Assembly (NCBI GenBank): GCA_973851085.1
Contig: OZ316775.1
Coordinates: 3,720,001-3,784,000, forward strand
From: Ptychomitrium polyphyllum
Taxonomy: Eukaryota
DNA: 64,000 bases
Reading direction: 5' to 3'
Part shown: one piece after another, positions 1 to 12,800 of the stretch
Layout of the letters: the number at the start of each line of letters is the position of its first letter
Position numbering within the stretch: the first letter of the stretch is position 1
The notes under the pieces: model-generated
Database searches by the model: none
Told to the model about the DNA's origin: nothing
What the model saw: the letters and a program-made list of their open reading frames with translations, nothing else
Program-made: the position numbers and the translations under genes

Positions 1-177
1 GCACATTTTACATCATCGAGATTTCCAATTGCAAAACTCTCTTTTGTTGATCGGAAACTTCGCCGTGCTCATTTTGAGGTTCTCTTGTGTAAGAGCGCTT
101 AAAAAGCTAATTTATGCGAGCTTCTAATATTAAAGATGTTTTATTTTGAAGTAATCATGCTTGATTTTAGTTAAAAC

Positions 178-1384
178 TTACCCTCTGCTGAACGCCTCCC
201 AAGTAATAATCTTGGTAACTTCAATGCCTCGACTGAGAGGTAGGGTTGAAGAATCAACACCAGGCTGTCGTCGTACGTGTCGAATATAATCATTTGTACT
301 GTCATCTAGTGCATTATCCGCCACCACAATTGCCCCCTTCTTTAGCCTCAGGAGGTCAAAAAGCTCAATATAACGTTCAGGCTGCCCTGAAAGCAACACA
401 AAATCCAATCCTGTGGCCCACTTTCTCACGTCAAAATAATATTATGTGCTGTCGGATATAAACGAGTCAAGACGCTATGGTACTGTTCAAGAAAGGTAAG
501 TTAAAACCACAATGAATTTGCAAGATAAGACTACTTTCAAGTCTACTTCCTCAAACGAGAACTACTTTCTGGATGAATCCCTACATTTGTTATCGACAAA
601 GCGAATCATGACCTACAAACCCTGTACGACTGCAGGTACCTTCTTTCCGAGGAATAAATGTCGAGGGATCTTCTGTGATAAATTCCACGTGATCAGTCAA
701 TCTCATCTCCTTAAGGAAATACTCAATAACCCGTTGTTTCTCTGCTTCGTGATGTACAGACAACAAGCAGCTGTTGGTGGCTCTTGCAGCTGCAACAGGG
801 GCCAAGAGATGTAAGAACCAAACACGATGTGCGGTCAAGGTAGAGTTTTCTTTTAAATTTGGTGGTGTAAAGTGGATATATAGCTTAGGCAGGATGATGA
901 TAAAGGTACAGATGCAGAGAATGTAAACGAGCCCAAGAAAGGAAATCGTAAAGATCAAATGGACATCGAATCCTACCTGCAGCAAGGGCCAATGTAGACA
1001 ATCCACACCCTACTTGCAGGGTATGACGTGAACTGATCCCAGCCGCCAAAGCAGAAATAAATTCTGCACTGGCAGGTTCAAGAAGTGGGGGTCTTCGATG
1101 ACCCCTCCCAAACGACTGCCGCTTCTCCAGGAGGGTCCTCCGCTGCAATCCAGAAGCAATGCACACTTGTAAGGTCTTTCAGATGCCGTCGTCAGTGACC
1201 AGTCAGTTCGATATCAAAGTCCACAAAAGGCTCCAGCAGAGTATTCTGCTCCAAAGAATGTTCTCTCGAATATAAAGAGAAGATATCACCTAGGTAATCC
1301 TTTCCATACGGGGAAAGGATGAAGACATACCAGGTCTAAAGATTCACAAAACGCAGCGGTCGAGATCTCTGAGCACCACCGCAT
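178..1384 (-). CDS. DUF1442 / class I SAM-dependent methyltransferase-like protein; coding exons 1384-1331, 1142-977, 789-640, 410-178 (may splice at 182 and continue off-window)
   Basis: GT-AG junctions keep phase and give MRWCSEISTAAFCESLDL|RRTLLEK...EPASAEFISALAAG..TLQVGCGLSTLALAAAARATN...DFVLLSGQPERY...GAIVVADNAL. W-x-x-E-x-x-x-x-A, EFISALAAG and LALAAAAR are DUF1442-type motifs. The terminal stop overlaps a GTAAGT donor, so the C-terminus is uncertain. Confidence 0.8.
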
Positions 1385-4300
1385 CTCGCTGAAATGAGAA
1401 TCTTGCATCCTGCTCCCTCCTGCGACGCCTCCGAGCGTTCCCAACGCTCATTACAATTCTATGCTCCAGCCCGCCCAAAGTGCACTGGTATCCTTTCTGC
1501 AGCCGTGATTGAACTTCTGAGATACTACAGAACTACTCAAATCCCATAAGCAGCAAAAAAGACGTACGAGGTTGGCTATTCAACAAAAGAAAATAGGCAG
1601 GCGTGTTTGCTCCAAAAACTATCACCTGTAACACCTCCTGCCACCCAACTCAAGCTGCTCCGTTATATGTAAACTTTTCAAAGCCGACCCCTTGAAAAGG
1701 TTTCAAAGTCCACATTACGGAATTAAATTTTAACCAAGCGTCTCTAGTACCTATCAACCATAGCTGATCAGGTCTAGACAAGACGACATTAACTACTTGA
1801 CATTGAGTACAAAGCGTACAAACCAAACCAGAGCTCAAGTTCCGTCTCCTTTTGAAGGCGGACATATCTTTGTACTCAACTTTCAAGCCAAAAATTAATG
1901 CTGCGGAGGTACTTCGCTAGTACCAAGTGTTGTCATGTCGTAATCAAGCCGTATTATTAAAATCCAATCTATTTCGACTTATGAAAAAATAGACCCCTAG
2001 GTAGATCAGTCAGATGCTGACCTCTTAGCTCGCATAAAGAGGACGTGAACTACGAAACGTGATAGCACAAATTTTGCACTTGCAGGATTGAATGCCGGCC
2101 ATTATCTCTGGATCCAACTTTTGACACCCTCCGCCGCGCTTGGCCAGCCACACTGCTCTGTCGATGGTTCGCCCTACTCGCATCACTCGCATTTCAACTT
2201 CCTTCTCAAAAATATTAGCCAAAATATGAGTACTCCCTAAAACCAAGCCTTGCACTACAACACCTTCCTCTGCTCTCACGCTCTCACGTTTCAAGAAAAT
2301 TTTACGCAAGTTAGCACTTCTCCACATCAATGAACTCTAATCACGTCCGCTACGATTCAATGCGGCTCAACGGACAGCGCTTCAAAAATTTCCAGACACT
2401 CCTCTGCTGTAAAAACCTTCCCTTCCGCCTTTTCAATTCAAGTCCTCATCATGCCACAGTACCGCCGCAAATCCAGCCAAACAAGCACCAATCCGGCGCT
2501 AACCCTCCACAAATGCAATCCAGATATCCAACCGCTGCAGCTTCGGCCAATTCCACCCCTGGCTCCCGGCTCACAACAACAAACCACGACGCCAGAAGCT
2601 CCGACAACGCACAACCAGCTATCCCTCTCCTCTTGCTCTCTCGCTACACGCGCCAAACCTCCACCAAATTAAAAACTCCAAAAAGTACACTCGCTCCGCA
2701 TCACTAAAGCACCTACAATTAAATTCCCGAATCTTCACCAACTAAGCAACTAAGCTCGAAGAGAGAAACCGCAAGTCTCATTCCAGAAAATCTATCACGC
2801 GGCCATGGCCGTGCTCGTCCCGTGGGTCATCTAGGCAATCATCATCACCTCGCAACCCCGGGGCCATCCACGAAGCGCGCCCCGTCCTGCCCGTCTCCCA
2901 AAACCTCACAGCAACAACACCACGACCGATTCTAACACCGCGAAATGCACCAAAAGCCGCTCCAGGGCGCGGAACGCGAGCTCACAACCGTGCGCGGTGA
3001 CGCTGGTGGCGAAGTCGGTCGCGCACAAAACTCGTCGAGAGAAAAGAGAGCAATGACAGCAGCCAGCGCGCGCACAAGCATCCTTCCCTGCTTTCCAAAA
3101 CTCGCCAGGATTGCTCCCGGCCACTGTTTCCTGCCGCGCAAGGCCGTAGGGGGCCCGCCGTGACGTGCCGCCTCAGTGCGTCGCGGCAGGAGGACGACCG
3201 AACCCCTGGTGCGGAATCAGGGTTTCAACTTCCACCTGACCTTGGACGGGTTCGGTAGAGCGTGCCGGTGCGGCGGTCCGCGCTTGTAAGATGATGAGCG
3301 AGTCGAGGAATCCCGGCCCTGCATGCGATTATCGCGGTGAGCCGCGATTATTCGATTGCTGTGGTTTCGGCGATGCGTTCCGAAGTTCTCTAAGCTCTTT
3401 GTTCATTTCTTTCTATTTCTCACTCTTTTCCTTTTTCTTGATCTCACTTTCTTTCCATTCTTTTTCTCTTTCTATTTCGTTTATTTCTATTGAAATTTCT
3501 TTCTCTCTTTCCTTTTCATTTCTTTTTCATCTCTTTCTTCAAATGACGTTCTTGAGAATGTTCCACTTCTACATTGAAATTGGCTCTCTGGATTTTAGTT
3601 CTTTTGAACTGGAGCCTTGAATCCTTGTAAGAAGTTCATGTCTCAACAAAAAGGAGAGTTGGGATATAGCAAGAACAGCAAAGTGCATGCAGTACATTGT
3701 TTAGAATTGTTTAAGAATGTCATGTTCTTGTTTCTATCTTTTCAATCTTCTTTTTCTTTTCTTTTTGCATAGTTTCTAACAATGTTCTTTTTCTGGCGAC
3801 AAGTGCATGGATGGAGCACAATGGAGTGGCCTACTTGAAGGGAACAACTGCTGCTATGGCACTCTAGACGTCCACAAAAAGAACAATGATTTCTTTCCTA
3901 TTATTTTTCCTTGACTTTTCCTATCCCCAAGAAATCAATTTTATGAATATGCTTTTAAAAAGGCAGAAGTTTCCCAAAAAAGTTTGGAAAAATATGATTC
4001 AACTTGAGTCCTACAGTACTCAGGTGTCATGTTCATTCTTTTATTATGGCATATGTCTTATCAGAATTGTGTGACAGGGCACCTGCACTCAACTATTGTA
4101 ACTTGTGGGACTTCTTCAGGGACTCTTAAGCTTGTTCTGCATGTAACTTTTACAAGTGGGTTATTCTGTTCATTTGTTTAGTGCTTGTCCTGTGCTTGGT
4201 TTTGCTCAACTGAAACCAGCAGTACAACTGTATTGTGGAGGTATGTGTCCTTGTTCTGTAACTGATGCCACACTGTAACTTATGCTATGACTTTACCACA

Positions 4301-5614
4301 TGAATGCATGAATGGGCTCAGGGGTTGGCACAATTGCAAGTGGTATACAATTTTGATGAGGGAGGTGCATTGTTACTGGAATGTATCAGCCCTTTTTTAT
4401 AAAACCTCACAGATTGTGCCAGGATTAAGACAACAGATACTTTGACATAGATGTGTACTATGAAATTCATCCAAAATACTAATAAAAATCACATTTTATT
4501 CACTTCTGTTAATTTTCATCCACATGCATTTTGATGAACTTTGGCTGGAAATCAGCACCGGTGGCATATTTGGCTTTTAGAGCAAGCTGGCCAAAAAAAT
4601 AAAAAATTGCACTATTTTGCTAGATTTATCCCAGAGAGGTCTCTCCAGACTTTCTTGCTAGCATATATCTTCAAGGTCAAGCATTTTTTGAACATAGATT
4701 ATTAAGCCATTATGAGTTTTAGAAGCACATTGTCACCTTTAGGACTAAACAGAATGTAGAAGAGGGAAATCAAAATTCTTGTCTTTTTTGAAGGATTAGC
4801 ATGAGTGAAATGTTTGTTTGTCCAGTATCTTGTATTTATGTCCACATGATATAAATCAATATTATAAATTTTTTACTTTCTATATATAAGATGCAGCATA
4901 TTTAATATAGCATTTCTAAATTATAATTAAGGTAAATTTTTATTTAAGGATGTTCAAAAAATATAATTATAGAATTATTTCTAAAATTGTTTATAACTTT
5001 TTTTCCGTTAAAAAAACACTTGATTTATATTTAGCAAACTTTTAGTATCTCTAGTTTTACATGGTGTGAATTATTAATCAAAGGATGCTAATATTAAAAA
5101 ATACACAATATAATACACTTAAGCTTTAATATATTACTTTTGAATTCTTTTTGAATTGACATATCAACATTAATAGAAGTATTTCTAGAAGATGTAGATT
5201 ATTTTTAATAGTGCAATTAATATTATATAGAATTAAAAATGTAATGTTATTTTATGCCAAATAAGATGTCACTAATATTAATACCTTATTATACATAACT
5301 ATAGATTAACAACTATGTTTGAATCAATTGAGTTTTATTAAAGAAATTGGGATAAAGAATAAAAACACAAGAAAATGTTTGGCCTACATGAGTTTAGAAA
5401 TGCTACGCTTAGTTATATTCAATAGTATTTTCATAAATTAGTTACAAATAAGAAATTGTATAAACAATCAAATTTTTATTTTACTATTATTTATAAATAA
5501 AATTTAATAATGACAAAATATTTGTTTGTGTAAAAAAATTAGTATGAAATTATTTTATATAGAATTAATTTCAAATGTATGCAAAGATCTCAAGTTATCG
5601 ATATGTTGTAATAC

Positions 5615-5781
5615 AAACCATTATTGCTTTCTTTATGCAAGGAGCAATGGCTTTTGCAACTAACAAAATAAACCATTATTGCTTTCTTTATACAAAAGGT
5701 TGTGACTTTTGCAACTAATAGGACAAACCATTACTGCTTTCTTCATATAAAGGGCAGTGACTTTTGTAGTAAAAACCATTG
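5615..5781. repeat. Degenerate 55-bp tandem repeat, about 3.2 copies
   Basis: AAACCATTAYTGCTTTCTTYAT...CTTTTGYA units start at 5615, 5670 and 5725, with a partial copy at 5773. Confidence 0.85.
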
Positions 5782-6405
5782 TCTGTAGAACTATAAATGT
5801 TTATATTAATATCTTTATGAATTCTCTACAAAATAGTCTATTAATTGTTATTGTCACTTTGAATGAATTGCAAGTACAACAATTACATGAATTAACAACT
5901 TAATTCATAATAAAACATTTATTTGTATTACATGAATTTTCAAAGTTCATGGATTAAACAAAAGATTCTTAAAATCTTTACTATATCATGATTTCCAAAA
6001 GATATATTCCATAGTTTAATAAGTATGATTTTACTTTCTAGTTATTCAAAGTTTTAGCATGCTACTCAAAACAAAACTTATATTTTAAGCATATGCAGAA
6101 GACTCCCAACATGAACACTTCCAATATTGACATCCAATATATAACATATCATTTTCAATAGCATGCTAAAGCCTTCCCTCAACAAAACCACACTAATCAG
6201 AATTCCGAGTGTAGGCTCCTCGATTATTCTAGTGTAAGGAGGGTGAAGAATATTATGCCACAAACCAGGCAAAATGATGGAAAAGAAACTCCGGGGACCT
6301 GGGCTCCACAGTGGTTTGAACCCGGATTCTCACAAGTGTGCTTCATCCGGCAGAATGTTCGTCTATGAACCATGGCTTACATCCATCCCAAAGGCACCAA
6401 CAAAC

Positions 6406-6480
6406 CATCCACAAGTCATCCATCAGTCATCCACAAGTCATCCATCAGTCATCCACAAGTCATCCACCAGACATCCGCCA
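6406..6480. repeat. 11-bp tandem array with alternating variants (CATCCACAAGT / CATCCATCAGT)
   Basis: Units at 6406, 6417, 6428, 6439, 6450, 6461 and a partial at 6472 (pattern A-B-A-B-A-C). Confidence 0.95.
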
Positions 6481-6879
6481 ATCGTGTTGAGACCAGGGCT
6501 GCCTCGCGTCAGGGTGTTTATCATATCCGTTTTGACCGATACTCTTGCGATACACAGAGTAACTGGTATGATACCCTGAAGACACTGATACGATACCAGC
6601 GTGGTATCAGAAAGGGGCAACCTCGCAGGCCTGTGGAGGTCGGAGATTGCTCCTTGGAGAGGCCTGCCGAGCTCCGCAATTGTCATTGTGGTTGTCGCGT
6701 CATCGCTCCCGATCTGCACTCCAATTGTCGCCCTCGTTGTGCTTCTCGCACTCCCCTCTCCCTCCTCGTCACGCCGATATAAAGATCGCATCCTTCGTCC
6801 CCTACAGCTCTGCGTCTGCTGCTCATTGTGCTGTGTTTCGGGATTGCGAGTGGCGATCGCTGTGTTGAGTAGAGCCACC

Positions 6880-9800
6880 ATGGGGGAGGAATCGCCACAG
6901 TACACGCTGCGATGCCAGCTCTTCGGCCACGAGGAAGATGTAAGATTCAGCGCTTTCAGCATTCGTTTTGAGCTCACATCTCTGCATCTTGTGGCGATTT
7001 CGATGATTGCGTAGTTTTGTCGTTTCTGATCGTGAAATGGATCCTGCTGATTTCCTTTTTGATTTGGGCTGGTTTTTTTTTGTGAATCCGAGTTTTGGAA
7101 AGGTTTTCGTATTTGCGCTAAAAGCTTCAGATGGAGACTTAGGGTTAGGGTTTAGATTTTGGAACCTGGAGGATTATCGCGAATTGATACTATGGCCTAG
7201 TTTGTTTGGGGGAGTGATTTTCGATCTCGAGCTGAGAAGATTTGTAGCAATCTAACGGTTTCCGATTTCGAGATGGAGTAGTGTTTAGTTTATTGAAATC
7301 TTGACAGAGGACGTTGCTTGCTGCTGTTTGGAAGGGAATCGAGATTTGTGTCGAATTGCTGTTGAGTACTGGACTCTTTCATGTTATCAAGCATAGTTGA
7401 CTTGGAGGATGTGATTATTCTACGGGAGCTTATTCAAAGGTCTAATGTGTTTTTGGAGAACTTGGAGCTTGTTTGAGCTGATAACGTGAGTGTATTCTTT
7501 GGCTACGGTGCAATGAATGACCGAGGTGCATTGTCGCCACAGCAGTTGCTGGATGATCTGCTTGTCTCATGGGTTCTGTGGGATTCTATGTCTTTCTTTT
7601 GGAGTTTATGCGTAAATTGAATATTGCCTTGGAACTTACGCCAGTAATTGTTCTTTGTCATCAGGTGCGAGGTTTAGCTGTGTCGCTTGATGGAGTCATA
7701 GCAACAGGCTCTCGAGATAAGTCTGTGAGAGTTTGGAACTCAAAAGAAGGCGAGAGGGAGTACAACTTAGACAAGACATTGATTGGGCATACAAATTTCG
7801 TGGGTACTGTTGCCTGGATTCCACCTAATGAATCTCTACCTGCTGGAAGGTTGGTGTCTGGAGGAATGGATACTCGTGTCTTGGTGTGGGATCTCGAGAA
7901 TGCTTCCATCGCGGAGGATTTGAAAGGACATAAATTACAAGTTAGCAATGTAGCTGTTGACTCTAATGGTGATATCTTATCTGCATCCGTTGACAGGTAT
8001 CGTTTTGTAATGGTGTTTTCAACTTTTCCAGGAGAGATATTTGCTTGTGCACACATCCTTTCTATGTTAATGCATTTCTAGAGGATCTTCCAGCTTATTT
8101 TTGCTTCTTGCAATTGGTTTTAGATTTTCTTTACATACGCAATTTGCAACATTGATCAACATCTCTGTGTTGATGAAATTGGATAACGGCCAATCTTTGA
8201 TTTCCATTTGATTTGTAGGATTGTGCGTGTGCATGGTGTTTGGTTAATTATCAGTGTACTTATGATTCTCTACTTGGTTTTTGAAATGGTACTCAGCACA
8301 GTACGGAGGTGGCGGAATGGGAAAGCAGTCGAAGTCTTGGAAGGCCACGATGGGCCTGTTCAAGCGGTGCTTTCATTGCCTAGCGGTGAGGTTGTGACAG
8401 GCTCGAGTGATACGACCATGAGGTTTTGGCGAGGTTCAACTTGTATCAGCACAATCCGTGGGCACACAGGTTGGACTTTACTTTGAAGAACACATTAGAG
8501 CTTTAATCTTGAAAATTTACACTATTTTGTTGCATCGCTTAGACCGATCTAACAAGTGCTGACTTGTCTGAATTGATTTCCAATGGTGTTATCATATTGG
8601 TGTTTCTGAACTTTAAGAGTATTACTTTCTCGAGAGCACAGTGTTAACCTCTTCACACTAATCTTGTTTTGGAGCGTCCTGAAGCTCATAATCTGTTAGT
8701 CACACCTTTAAAACAAAGGGATTACTTTCGTATCTCAGAAGCTGCAACGACCACTGCCTGCGACTTGTATGTGTGAATGACTGGGCTATTTCGTGAATAC
8801 CCGATGTGAGAGATTGGAACCTTGCAGTCTGTTGGTCAGACATAAGGAAGGTGTATCTTTTAGCAAGCATTGATGGTGAGATTAGTAGTTCATATTAATT
8901 ACCTGAGTTTTTTCTGTTCTGAGCTTGGATGGTCTATTACAGATACTGTTCGTGGCCTTGCATTAATGCCCAGTGTTGGAATACTTTCTGCCTCCCACGA
9001 TGGGTAAGTCTCTTTCCGAGATACTATATTCAGCCCCTCAAGATTATTTTGGTCGCAGTATTATAATAATCTACTGCTTGCTAACAGATTTTCAATTTTC
9101 AGTTTATGGAAGGAAGCAACTCATACTGAAGGTACCCACCTAGATGCTTGAAATGTATTTGAACAGATTTGAACTGAAATCTGATGATTGTGAGTCTCTT
9201 GTTACAGGTCAGTGAGGTTATGGGCTATGAGTGGACAGCAGCTGTTGGAGTTTCTGGGCCACACTGCAATTGTCTACTCTGTAGCCTCACATTCTTCAGG
9301 CGACATAGCATCTGGAAGCGAAGATGGCTTAGCCAAAATTTGGAGAGGTACTTTCATCTTCTTTTGATACTTCCTTTTTAATTAAGTTGAAGGAACTAGC
9401 TAAGATGAAGTACAGAGAAGCCTATTATTTCTTTAATACTAATTTTATGGCTTAACCAGTTCTATATGTTTAATTGATTCATCAATTGGGCGGTGGTGAG
9501 GTGGTGAGTTCTTTTTAATGAATTTGTCGAATAAGACTCAGTTCTGCTTACGTTAGGTAATTGTTTTGTAGGAGGCGTTTGTGTACAGAGCATAGAGCAT
9601 CCAGGCTGTGTTTGGGACGTGGCCTTTTTGCCAAATGGAGATTTAGTGACGGCATGCTCAGATGGTGTGGCCCGTGTGTGGACTCGTGAGAAAAAGCTAT
9701 ACGCTTCAGCTGAAGAGATGGAAGTATTTGTTTCTCTTGTATCAAGTCGCAAAACTGCAGCGTTGGTTTCTTTGCTCGTTTGTCCTTTTTGTATGTCTTG

Positions 9801-12800
9801 ATGAATGATAGTTTTAAAGATTTTAAGACTATTCAGAACTGTAGTGATTGGTTTGATATGTGTTCCGATTGGTGCAACTGATATGTCAATTCTGTAAAAT
9901 TGACTAGGATAGGACTGAAACGAAACAGTATATTAGCCGTAATTGTGTATTCCAAACATTTGTGCATGACTTGCTCTGTCTCATTGTGGTTGTTCTCTTT
10001 TATAAGAATATTTGTTTTTGTACTTAATTAGAGGCCTTGTTTATGTCGATGTATAAGATGTAAATCTATGGCTTGAAAGCTTGATCTTTAGCGTGTTTGT
10101 GATTTTGAATTTTTAGGAAGACAGTTGGTGGTGTAAAGGTGGAAGACTTGCCGGGCGTTGAAGCTCTGCAGGAACCTGGTAGGCTATCATTATCTTATAT
10201 TTGCTTACCTGTAGATGTCGCTGTTGATATGAACAAATTCATGTTCGTTGAAGCTATGTATATTTCCTTTGTTGCAGTGTTGGTTAGGTCAATCTGTCTT
10301 ATGCCGTGTGCCTTATCACTGTCTTTGTTTGAAGTAGAATTAAAATTATAGGAATAACAGCATATCATCAAGAATAGTCGGTTTCTAAATCCCTTGTAAT
10401 TTGAAGATCGCGTACTATTTCTTGTCTTCGCAGAAATGTCCTTTTTTTGTTAAGCACATAATGATCATTTAAAGCCTCATGACACTGGTGTTTGGGTGAA
10501 TGGACAGGGAATAAAAATGGTCAAACAAGGATTGTCAGGGAGGGTACCAGCGGTGTTGCTTACTCCTGGAACCTGAATGAGTACAAGTGGGAAAAGGTGC
10601 TGTGCTGACGTATTTCATCTATTCATTGTTTTGCAGTATGTGAGCTCAAGGTAACTGTATCCTGCGTATTTCAGCTTTATATTGATAGTGAAGGTTTCAA
10701 GATTTAGTGAAGAGTTTGAATCTGTACAGAAGAATAAAGTCTTCTACTGTTGCTAATGTGGCTATTAATCATTGCAGGTTGGAGAAGTGGTAGATGGACC
10801 AGGAAACAGTGCTGAGAAAAAGATCCTATATGGTGTTAATTATGATTATGGTATATCGCTTGTCTTTGACCGACCTTTCAGTGTTGATCGGCTTCTATTA
10901 TACACTTTTTGTCTGAGAGATATTGCACAGGGAATGATGAAATTATTGTATATGGTGGTTGCAGTTTTTGATGTGGACATTGGAGATGGCCTCCCAACCC
11001 GAAAGCTACCTTTTAATAATGGAGGTCAGTTTGACACATGATGACACATGCTGGATGTTTACCTCTAACTTGCATTAATTTGTCATTCTCTTTTGTTTCA
11101 AGTTTGTGTTCGTCCATTCTGATTTGAGTTAATAATTCTAGACTTGATGCTTTTTCTGAAGGCATATTTTTGTGTGCCGTTGGTAATTTGTTGTAGACAA
11201 TCCTTATGATATTGCGGACAAGTGGTTGGAAGACGAAGGGCTGTCACCTGGCTACAGGCAGCAAGTTGTTGAGTTTATTCTCCAGAATAGCGGCAGTGCT
11301 ACTGCATCTCCAGGATTTGACCCTAGTTTTGTCGACCCATACACTGGTGGTAAGTCATGTGGCATTTAATATTACCTACTCCATGATCGGTGTTGCGCAA
11401 TGTGTCAAATTTCTGTAATTGCTAAACAAGACCAACCATCCATACCCAGTGCTTTTTCCAACTTACTAAATATGGCCCTGTTGAATATACAGCAAATGCA
11501 TATGTACCTGGTCAGCAAGCACGTCACCCTCAAACATCCAGTAAGCTTCCTTTAAATCATAATTTGCAGTGCTTGTGATGATGCTTGTGATTTGTTGCAA
11601 GGAGTTTTGCACAATCTCTTTTTAGCTGTATATGTCGGCCAGATTTTGAGTACCTCTACCAGTGGTGGCAGTGGTAGATTCCTCAAGTTTTGGAAGCTAT
11701 TGGCTGGCAAACTTGAAACATAAAATGAAGCATTAATGTGAACTGTAGGTTTCGCATATTTCCAACATATATTTGTATGTGAATTTTGTGTTTGGCCCCC
11801 TGGATGCTGAGTCATTGAGTGATGTAGTTTAGGAAACGTTGTGAGATTCTTGCCATATGATTTTATTGCTCTCTGACAGGATCTGTGGTCCCTACGTCTA
11901 ATCCTTCAACACCTATCACACCAGCTTACAAGCATATTCCAATGGTTCGCATTATGACATTTGTAGTCCGGAGCATTTCCTGGTTTTAATCTTCATGTTA
12001 TTCTTTGTTCTATAGAGAATACCAAAGTGATGTATCATGTTATTTCAGACCTGCTTTTTATCAGAGGACGGTACAGGCAAATCTACGACTCTTCGTTTGA
12101 TGTACTGATAATGACACTTTGAGATCTTCCAATTTTCAGAAAGGAATGTTGTACTTTGACACTGCTCCATTCGAAGGCATAACCAAGAAGCTGGCTGAAT
12201 TCAGTGCCATATTGGCTGCAGATGAGGTAATTTTTCTGATAATTCCTGCCGTCGGCTGTTATGACCCTTAAGTGCTTTTTTGGAATGTTTTCTGCAGTAA
12301 TATGTTATTGGAATATCACGATTAATTAAAATCAATATCTTTATTTCTTCTATTTAGCGAGGGTAAAAGGACTGTACGTAATTTTGTGTCAAGAATGCAT
12401 TTATATACCTCATTTGAGAAGAATGTGCAGGCGCATAAGGAATTGGCTCTAAACCAGGCAGATACATTGCGGATTCAGGCTATGACTGCAACCCTCATAG
12501 AAACGTCACGTTATCATGCTTCGTCATTTGCTGATGTTGATTTTAAACTACTCACAAAGATGGTATTACATTGGCCTGTAGAGAATATTTTTCCAGGTAT
12601 AAATCCTACATGCTCTCATCTTTTTTATGGTTTGATTGTAGTTCATTTGAGCGCCAGTGGCATACCTTACTTATTAGCTTCCTTTTGGGTCAGAGCTTGA
12701 CATACGAGTTTCGCTGGAAACAAGCAGATCGAAATGAAGGTTATAAGGATCAATTTTTTAAGGCTGTACTGAGGCAGGTTTTTGATTATTGCTTGGAATG

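Noticed and set aside
3190..3390. U3 or C/D snoRNA-like words (TAGAGCGTG, ATGATGA)
   Set aside because: No box A, no properly placed CTGA D box and no terminal stem; likely chance in GC-rich DNA.
3291..3620. 109-aa Phe/Ser-rich ORF
   Set aside because: Translation of a pyrimidine tract after a splice donor; low complexity.
6274..7014. Several overlapping ORFs on both strands, and the 11-bp array as a CRISPR-like repeat
   Set aside because: By-products of the repeat and the GC-rich PLAA promoter; there are no spacers or cas genes and the context is eukaryotic.
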